From assembly GCA_021807445.1 (NCBI GenBank), contig JAKBCY010000001.1, positions 1 to 62,893 on the forward strand: a stretch of 62,893 nt of DNA, in the 5' to 3' direction. Position numbers and translations under genes: made by a program. The notes below the pieces were generated by a model. That model did not search any database. It had not been told where the DNA came from and saw only the letters and a program-made list of their open reading frames with translations. Shown in pieces: positions 54,007-62,893 of the stretch (position 1 is the first letter of the stretch; every line of letters begins with the position of its first letter). Source of the DNA: Pseudomonadota bacterium (GTDB lineage: Bacteria; Pseudomonadota; Gammaproteobacteria; Burkholderiales; Burkholderiaceae_C).

Positions 54007-55950
54007 TTACACCTGCAGTGTCTCGATCGACTCCGCGATCTCCAACCAGCGCTGCTCGTAACTGGCAATGCGCTCGGTCACCAGTTTGAGACGTTTGCCC
54101 TGCTCGACGCGTTGGGCCGTGGGGGTTGCGCCTTGAGCCAGGCTCAATTCCAAAGCCGTACGCTCGGCTTCAAGGTCGCCCAATTCGCTCTCAATAGCCG
54201 CTTGCTCGGCCTTCAATGGCTTTGCCTGTAGTGCGCGGTGCTGGCGCGATTGCGCGGCGCTGCGCCGCTGCTCCTTGCGAGTGTTGTTAACTGGCGTGGA
54301 ACCCGTCCCTGCATCGACTTCCACAGCATCGCCGCCCGCATCCACCCCTTCGCGCATGCGAGTGCGCGCGCGCTCTAGTACCCACCGCTGGTAGTCGTCG
54401 AGATCTCCCTCGAAAGTCTTTACCTTGCCGTCTGCCACGAGCCAGTACTCGTCGCAGGCAGCACGCAAAAGCGCTCGATCGTGCGACACGAGAAGCATGG
54501 CGCCGCCAAATTCCTGCAGTGCCAAAGTCAGCGCCTCGCGCGTCGCCAGATCCAGGTGGTTCGTGGGCTCGTCGAGGAGGAGCACGTTGGGTCGCTGCCA
54601 GACCAGAAGGGCTAGCAGCAAGCGCGCCTTCTCACCGCCCGACATCGATCCCACATTCTGCTCTGCCATATCCCCACTGAACTGGAAGCGGCCCAACCAA
54701 TTGCGCAACTCTTGCGTCGTGGATTGCGGCTGGGTTTGCTTAGCAAGCCGCGCAAGATGCTGCAATGGGGACTCGTCAGGGCGCAACACATCCATCTCCT
54801 GCTGCGCGTAGTAGCCAACGACCACATCGACCCCTGGCTGCACACGGCCTGCCAAGGCTGGCAACAGTCCAGCCAAGGTTTTGACCAAGGTGGATTTGCC
54901 CTGTCCGTTAGCCCCGAGCACGCCGATACGCGCTCCCGCAATGATGTCGCGCTCGACGTCGCGAAGGATAGGCTGGCCCGCTGAGTAGCCACAATCCGTG
55001 CCACGGAGACGAAGCAGTTGCTGCGGCTGACGAACTGGCGGCAGAAAATCGAAGCGCAATGGGTTCGACAGCATCACCGGCGCCAGCCGCTCCATCCGTT
55101 CAAGAGCCTTCAGCCGGCTTTGAGCCTGTCTGGCTTTCGTGGCTTTTGCACGGAAGCGTTCGACGAAGCTGGTGAGGTGTGCGATATCCTGCTGCTGACG
55201 CGCGTAGGCCTGCGCCTGCTGCTGCAATGCTTGGGCGCGGCGCTCTTCAAAAGCCGTGTAGCCCCCAGCGAAACGCTGCAGCCTTCCCTGTTCAAGTTGC
55301 ACCGTGACGCGGGTCGCCGCGTCGAGAAATTCGCGGTCGTGCGAGATGATCAACAACGTCCCTTGGTAGCGCGAAAGCCAGCTTTCAAGCCATACCAACG
55401 CGTCGAGGTCCAGGTGATTGGTTGGCTCGTCCAGCAACATGCAGTCGCTCGGCTGAAACAGCGCCTGTGCCAAGGCCAAGCGCATGCGCCAGCCACCAGA
55501 AAAATCGTGCACTGGCCTTCGAAGCTCGTGCGGCGCAAAACCCAGCCCCAAAAGCAGCGATTCGGCGCGAGCATTGGCGGTATAAGCGTCAGCCAACTCC
55601 ATTGCTTCCGCCGCCGCTGCAAGGAGCATGCCGTCATGCTTCGCTTCGGCATCGTGCATCGAGTCAATGGCACGCTGCAATGCAGCATCAGCCTGGCAAA
55701 CGAAATCCGTAGCTGCCAATGGCGAATCCGGAGCATGCTGCGCTACGGCGGCCACATGCCAATGCGCAGGGAACACAAGACTGCCTCCGTCTTCATGCAA
55801 CTGCCCGAGTAACAGCGCAAATAGCGAGGATTTTCCGGCGCCATTGGCCCCAACTAAACCGACTTTTTCGCCAGGCTGGATCGTGATGTCGGCAGCGTCC
55901 AGCACGACCCTGGCAGCGCGGCGCAGCGTAATGGATTGCAGCCGGATCAT
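54007..55950 (-). CDS. ABC-F family ATP-binding protein (YheS-like)
   Basis: Two ABC domains (GANGAGKS/FSGGWRMRL/LDEPTNHLD and GANGQGKS/SGGEKARL), no TM, linker RAKATKARQAQSR. Confidence 0.92.
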   Translation of the reverse strand: MIRLQSITLRRAARVVLDAADITIQPGEKVGLVGANGAGKSSLFALLLGQLHEDGGSLVFPAHWHVAAVAQHAPDSPLAATDFVCQADAALQRAIDSMHDAEAKHDGMLLAAAAEAMELADAYTANARAESLLLGLGFAPHELRRPVHDFSGGWRMRLALAQALFQPSDCMLLDEPTNHLDLDALVWLESWLSRYQGTLLIISHDREFLDAATRVTVQLEQGRLQRFAGGYTAFEERRAQALQQQAQAYARQQQDIAHLTSFVERFRAKATKARQAQSRLKALERMERLAPVMLSNPLRFDFLPPVRQPQQLLRLRGTDCGYSAGQPILRDVERDIIAGARIGVLGANGQGKSTLVKTLAGLLPALAGRVQPGVDVVVGYYAQQEMDVLRPDESPLQHLARLAKQTQPQSTTQELRNWLGRFQFSGDMAEQNVGSMSGGEKARLLLALLVWQRPNVLLLDEPTNHLDLATREALTLALQEFGGAMLLVSHDRALLRAACDEYWLVADGKVKTFEGDLDDYQRWVLERARTRMREGVDAGGDAVEVDAGTGSTPVNNTRKEQRRSAAQSRQHRALQAKPLKAEQAAIESELGDLEAERTALELSLAQGATPTAQRVEQGKRLKLVTERIASYEQRWLEIAESIETLQV

Positions 55951-56861
55951 GCTGCCTCCCGTAGCGCGCCTGCGTGCACTAATAGCACATTGTCATCCCC
56001 CGCGCTCGTTGGAAGCCAGATGACTGGCAACTGGGGGAAAGCCGCCTCGAAATGCGCGCGTTCATGGCCGATCTCCACCACGACGACGCCGAATGGCGCC
56101 AGCACCCGCGGCGCATCAGCCAGCAATCGACGAATCAAGTCCATGCCATCACTGCCGCCAGCCAAGGCCAGTGCGGGCTCGTGTCGGTATTCCTGGGGCA
56201 GCGTGCGCATCGCCGTCGCATTCACATACGGCGGGTTGCACAAGAGAAGGTCAATACCTTCGCCCGACTGCGGAGTTGGCAGCGCATCGAGCAAATCGGA
56301 ACGGAGCAACTGGACTCGGTCTGACAGGTGATGCAAACCGATGTTCACCTCAGCCACATCCAGCGCATCGAGGGAAATATCGGTGCAAATCACCTGTGTC
56401 TGCGGCCAGCGCATCGCTGCGAGAATCCCTAAACAACCGCTACCCGTGCAAATATCGGCGACATGGCTGGGCTCGGCTTCAAGCCAAGGCTCAAGCGCTT
56501 CCGGCAACAGTTCCGCAATGAACGAGCGGGGAACGATCACGCGCTCATCCACTTTGAATCGCACACCCTGGAGCCAAGCTTCGCCTAAGAGATAGGCGAC
56601 GGGCTTGCGAGTTGATATGCGCTGGCCGACCAAGTCATTGAAGCGCGCCATTGCGTCCTCTGGAACTGGCCGTTTCGCAAGAGAGTCGAACGCGGCGAAA
56701 CTCTCCATGACAGGCCAACCAAGCGCATGAATCAGCATCCACGCAGCCTCATCCTCGGCGCTGGCTGCGCCGTGGCCGAAGTACAAGGCCGCGCCCTGAA
56801 GCGAGCGCACAGCGCTGCTCCAAGTCGGGCCGAATTGTGGCGCAACTGATTTACGCGTCAT
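55947..56861 (-). CDS. prmB: Ribosomal protein L3 N5-glutamine methyltransferase
   Basis: FGHG, VDERVIVPRSFIAEL, DICTGSGC, NPPY, EYRHEP. Confidence 0.95.
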   Translation of the reverse strand: MTRKSVAPQFGPTWSSAVRSLQGAALYFGHGAASAEDEAAWMLIHALGWPVMESFAAFDSLAKRPVPEDAMARFNDLVGQRISTRKPVAYLLGEAWLQGVRFKVDERVIVPRSFIAELLPEALEPWLEAEPSHVADICTGSGCLGILAAMRWPQTQVICTDISLDALDVAEVNIGLHHLSDRVQLLRSDLLDALPTPQSGEGIDLLLCNPPYVNATAMRTLPQEYRHEPALALAGGSDGMDLIRRLLADAPRVLAPFGVVVVEIGHERAHFEAAFPQLPVIWLPTSAGDDNVLLVHAGALREAA

Positions 56862-56867
56862 GCCGAT

Positions 56868-59188
<2,321 letters not shown>

Positions 59189-59234
59189 GCGTTTTTCCCC
59201 TGGTTGGCGAATTCGGCGTAAAGCGCTGACCGAT

Positions 59235-60056
59235 CTAGTCGCGCAGCAATTCGTTGATCGCGGTCTTGGCTCGTGTCTGTGCGTCAACGCGCTTGACGAT
59301 CACGGCGCAATACAAACTGTACCTTCCGTCACTGCTGGGCAGATTCCCGGAGACCACCACGGAACCCTCGGGCACGCGCCCGTACATGACCTCGCCAGTT
59401 GCGCGGTCGTAGATCTTGGTGGACTTTCCGATGTACACGCCCATGGAAATGACGCAGTTGTCTTCCACGATCACACCCTCGACAACTTCTGAGCGCGCTC
59501 CAATGAAACAGTTGTCACCGATGATGGTTGGATTAGCCTGCACCGGCTCGAGCACGCCACCGATGCCCACGCCGCCAGACAAGTGCACGTTCTTTCCAAT
59601 CTGCGCACAAGACCCCACAGTGGCCCAGGTGTCCACCATCGTGCCCTCGTCCACATAAGCGCCAATATTGACGTAGGACGGCATCAACACCACGCCCGGA
59701 GCCAAGTATGACCCATGCCGCGCAACGGCGGGGGGCACGACGCGCACCCCGGTTGCGCGCATTTCCTCCTCCCCCAAACGGCTGAACTTCGTGCGAACCT
59801 TGTCGAAAAAATGAAGATCGCCGGCCCGCATCATGGCATTGTCCGTTAGGCGAAAGCTCAGCAACACTGCTTTTTTCAGCCATTGGTTCGTAACCCAAGT
59901 CCCGTCCACCTTCTGCGCCACACGCAGCCGCCCGACATTGAGTTCAGCCAGCACGTGCTCGACCGCTTGGCGCAGTTCGGGTGTTGCCGACGTGGTTCCC
60001 AAGCTGGCTCGGTTGTCCCAGGCCTGGTCGATGAGTGTTCGGAGTTGTGTTGTCAT
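59235..60056 (-). CDS. dapD: Tetrahydrodipicolinate N-succinyltransferase
   Basis: [28 protein letters not shown], hexapeptide repeats, INELLR. Confidence 0.97.
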   Translation of the reverse strand: MTTQLRTLIDQAWDNRASLGTTSATPELRQAVEHVLAELNVGRLRVAQKVDGTWVTNQWLKKAVLLSFRLTDNAMMRAGDLHFFDKVRTKFSRLGEEEMRATGVRVVPPAVARHGSYLAPGVVLMPSYVNIGAYVDEGTMVDTWATVGSCAQIGKNVHLSGGVGIGGVLEPVQANPTIIGDNCFIGARSEVVEGVIVEDNCVISMGVYIGKSTKIYDRATGEVMYGRVPEGSVVVSGNLPSSDGRYSLYCAVIVKRVDAQTRAKTAINELLRD

Positions 60057-60067
60057 GGTTAGATCGG

Positions 60068-61255
60068 TCAAAGACTGCGAATATGGGCTGCGATGCGCTC
60101 GGCGCACTCAACGCAAGAATCCACGTCGGCCACCAGCGCCATTCGAACGCGCCGCGCGCCCGGATTTCGCCCCCCCTGTTCACGCGCGAGCAGGCTGCCG
60201 GGCAAAAGCGTGCAATTGTAGTTTTCGAGCAAGCCACGAGCGAACGTGACATCGTCAATCGGCGTCCCTGCCCACAGATAAAACCCTGCATCCGGTTGCT
60301 GCACGTCCATCAAGGGCTGCAAAATTGGCAGGACGCGCGCGAATTTCTCCCGATACATGCGTCGATTTTCCCGCACGTGCGCCTCGTCGCCCCAAGCCGC
60401 ACAGCTCGCCGCCTGCACGGCTGGCCCCATCGCGCTGCCATGGTAGGTACGGTACTGCAAAAAAGCTTTGAGGATGCGTGCATCGCCAGCGACAAAACCC
60501 GAGCGCATACCCGGCACGTTAGATCGCTTGGATAGCGAAGTGAACATGACCAAACCCCGATAATCATTCCGCCCCAATCGCGCGGCTGCCTCCAACCCAC
60601 CGAGCGGCGGATTTTCGCCAAACCATATTTCTGAATAACACTCATCACTCGCGATGACGAATCCATGCTTGTCCGCCAACGCAAAGAGCTGCTTCCATTC
60701 CGCCAAGGACATCACCGCCCCCGTGGGGTTTCCCGGCGAGCACACGTACAGCAGCTGTGTTCGATTCCAGACATGCTCGGGCACCGCATCCCAGTCCACC
60801 GCGAAATTCCGCGCAGCATCAACCGGTGCGAAATGGCAATGTGCACCCGCTAGAAGTGCCGCACCCTCGTAGATTTGGTAGAAAGGATTCGGACACACGA
60901 CGGTCGCATTCGGCTGTGCGCTATCAACCACCACTTGGCACAGAGCAAACAGCGCTTCACGCGAACCGTTAACAGGCAGCACCTGGGTCTCTGGATCAAT
61001 GGCCGCGCCATAGCGCCGGCTCGCCCAGGCGGCACAGGCCTGCCGCAACTCAGGGCTCCCTGCGGTCGCAGGGTACCGTGCCAGCCCGTCCAGACTCTCC
61101 GTCAGTGCTTTGCGGATAAAGTCAGGAGTGGGGTGCTGCGGCTCACCGATTCCAAGGTTAATCGGTCTATAGGCTGGACTCGGGCGTACGCCGGCCATCA
61201 GCGTGCGCAATCTCTCAAATGGGTAAGGCTGAAGGCGGTTGAGCAGGGAATTCAC
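60068..61255 (-). CDS. dapC: N-succinyldiaminopimelate aminotransferase
   Basis: [40 protein letters not shown]. First gene of the dap cluster. Confidence 0.93.
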   Translation of the reverse strand: MNSLLNRLQPYPFERLRTLMAGVRPSPAYRPINLGIGEPQHPTPDFIRKALTESLDGLARYPATAGSPELRQACAAWASRRYGAAIDPETQVLPVNGSREALFALCQVVVDSAQPNATVVCPNPFYQIYEGAALLAGAHCHFAPVDAARNFAVDWDAVPEHVWNRTQLLYVCSPGNPTGAVMSLAEWKQLFALADKHGFVIASDECYSEIWFGENPPLGGLEAAARLGRNDYRGLVMFTSLSKRSNVPGMRSGFVAGDARILKAFLQYRTYHGSAMGPAVQAASCAAWGDEAHVRENRRMYREKFARVLPILQPLMDVQQPDAGFYLWAGTPIDDVTFARGLLENYNCTLLPGSLLAREQGGRNPGARRVRMALVADVDSCVECAERIAAHIRSL

Positions 61256-61459
61256 GGCAAGATGGCAGAGTGGACGTGCATTGTAGAAATTAGCTTCGGC
61301 AAGTTGGCATGCGCTGGCCCAGCAAGGCTCAACGGACCCAGAACCAAGGCGAACATATTGTTACATTGAAATGCGTAATGCTGTCGCGTAATGAGCCCCG
61401 CTAAACGTTGTGGCAACGACATTCATGCTTGATTGGTCCAAGCCGCAGCGCACTATCCT

Positions 61460-62053
61460 ATGTCACATGCCTTCACGATCCCGCTTGAAGCCGTGAGTTC
61501 CGATCCTGCACTCGACAGGTTCTGCAGTGAGATACGCCCGCGGGCCATGCGCTTGGCTTTGTTAGAAACGGCGGGCAATACTCATCTGGCTGCGGATTTT
61601 GTGCAGGATAGCCTCGCAAAATTGATCAGCAATTACCGCAACAAGCCAGCCGACGAATGGCCGCCTCTTTTCTATAGCATCCTGCGCAATCGCATTACCG
61701 ATTGGCACCGACGCAAGAAGATCGAGAAGGTCTTTGACTTTTTTTTCGCCAGCGATGAAGACGAGGAACTCCCGGCACCTTGGGAGAGTTTGGCGGATCC
61801 TGCTCCCGGACCGGACCACGCCTTGAGCAACCAACAACTCGCCGGGCGCATTGCCGATGCACTGACAAGCTTGAGCGTGCGCCAGCGCGAAGCCTTCCTG
61901 CTGCGCGAGATGGAAGGGTTTTCAATTGCGGATACAGCTCGCGTCATGCAGGTCAGCGAGGGCAGCGTCAAAACGCACCATCTGCGCGCGCTCACCAGGC
62001 TGCGCCAACTGCTGCAGAGTGATAATCCGTTTCTCGGGGGTATTCAATCGTGA
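61460..62053 (+). CDS. ECF RNA polymerase sigma-70 factor
   Basis: Region 2 DFVQD...FYSILRNRITDWHR. Region 4 LSVRQREAFLLR..EG.S...TA..M..SEGSVKTH. Confidence 0.92.
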   Translation: MSHAFTIPLEAVSSDPALDRFCSEIRPRAMRLALLETAGNTHLAADFVQDSLAKLISNYRNKPADEWPPLFYSILRNRITDWHRRKKIEKVFDFFFASDEDEELPAPWESLADPAPGPDHALSNQQLAGRIADALTSLSVRQREAFLLREMEGFSIADTARVMQVSEGSVKTHHLRALTRLRQLLQSDNPFLGGIQS

Positions 62054-62505
62054 AAGGTGACGCTATGAACACCGACACATCCATCACAACGCTCGACCTT
62101 GATCGTTGGCGTGCTGGCATGCTTGACGCGCAACAAGCGCGTGTAGTGCAGCAGGCCATGCAATCCGATTTAAACCTCGCTGCGCAAGCGCAATTCAGCA
62201 GTCAGGTTGTCGGGGCGTTGACGGTCTTGCCCCAACTGGCGGCACGCCGACGCCCAGTGGAGCGGCGCAAGCTGCACTGGCCGAGGGTCGTGGCAGCAGG
62301 GTTTGTTACCGTCACGGTCGCCATCTTCACGATCGGCGCCCTTCCACTACTTTCCAGCCGTACCGGAATGCCTGCCGGGTCTGCACAGTTAAGCGCGCAG
62401 GTGAACCCCCAACTGGCGGACGCTGTGCAGAATATGGATTTCTACGAGTGGCTGGCCGCTCACCCCCAAGCTCTGCAGGACGTCCGCCATGGCAATCCGG
62501 CCTGA
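62050..62505 (+). CDS. Putative membrane anti-sigma factor
   Basis: GTGA overlap with the ECF stop, single TM, C-terminal MDFYEWL motif. Confidence 0.65.
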   Translation: MKGDAMNTDTSITTLDLDRWRAGMLDAQQARVVQQAMQSDLNLAAQAQFSSQVVGALTVLPQLAARRRPVERRKLHWPRVVAAGFVTVTVAIFTIGALPLLSSRTGMPAGSAQLSAQVNPQLADAVQNMDFYEWLAAHPQALQDVRHGNPA

Positions 62506-62788
62506 GTCTGAACTTGGTTTCCCGCGCAGCACCGGCAAGGGCACCGGCCTTTCCGCTCTACGCCGAACACTGCTGGTGGTCGTGTTCGCAGAGCTTGTGA
62601 CCACCCTGCCCGCTGTAGCCAACCCCAGTTTCGGTGGCGGACCACAGTGGAACCAACGCATGCAGCAATGGGAACGCATGCCCCCCGATCGACGCCAGCG
62701 CATACTGCGCGAACAACAGCGCTACCAAAGCCTGTCGCCACAAGAGCAAAAACGGCTGAGGGAGCAATACCGCGAACGGCAGCGCTGA
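62489..62788 (+). CDS. DUF3106-like secreted protein of the ECF locus
   Basis: Signal-like N-terminus and WERMPPDRRQ / YQSLSPQEQKRLRE repeats. Confidence 0.6.
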   Translation: MAIRPESELGFPRSTGKGTGLSALRRTLLVVVFAELVTTLPAVANPSFGGGPQWNQRMQQWERMPPDRRQRILREQQRYQSLSPQEQKRLREQYRERQR

Positions 62789-62893
62789 TTGCCTCGGGCT
62801 CGGCTTGGCTAGGCGACGCCGCTCCGCTTGTTCCCTCCTGCCGTATCACTCCGCACACAATCGACGCAGTAAAGCGTGCCGTTCGAGATCGGA

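Overview
GC-rich core-genome window from a Betaproteobacterium (Burkholderiales). The aroA-cmk fusion, the dapC-dapD-pilU-dapE-prmB order and the type B L31 fit a Thiomonas/Comamonadaceae-like organism (inference). Content is almost all housekeeping: pheT(partial)-pheS-rplT-rpmI-infC-thrS, tRNA-Val(GAC), relA, thyA-folA, pmbA, yjgA, mog with a WtpA-type molybdate/tungstate ABC transporter, gph-ubiG-ompA, gyrA-serC-pheA-hisC-tyrA-aroA/cmk-rpsA-ihfB-lapA-lapB-rfaE1-rfaD, ROK kinase, ligA-zipA-smc, queF, a Tat-signal NHL-repeat protein, recR-ybaB-dnaX, SRP RNA, trxA-rho-rpmE2, ArnT-like GT, MATE, ABC-F, the dap cluster and an ECF sigma/anti-sigma locus. I see no mobile element, CRISPR array, prophage or defence island, and I cannot support a wholly new multi-gene system. 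The oddities worth checking are: an in-frame TAG at codon 72 of the essential rpsA gene (most likely a local sequence error); a Phe-rich uORF spanning the terminator before pheS; the WtpABC-like cassette beside mog with an upstream inverted repeat; an ATC start for infC; candidate leaderless transcripts; a perfect 26-bp palindrome in the rho leader; and a 530-bp unexplained gap with a CxxCH-containing ORF.
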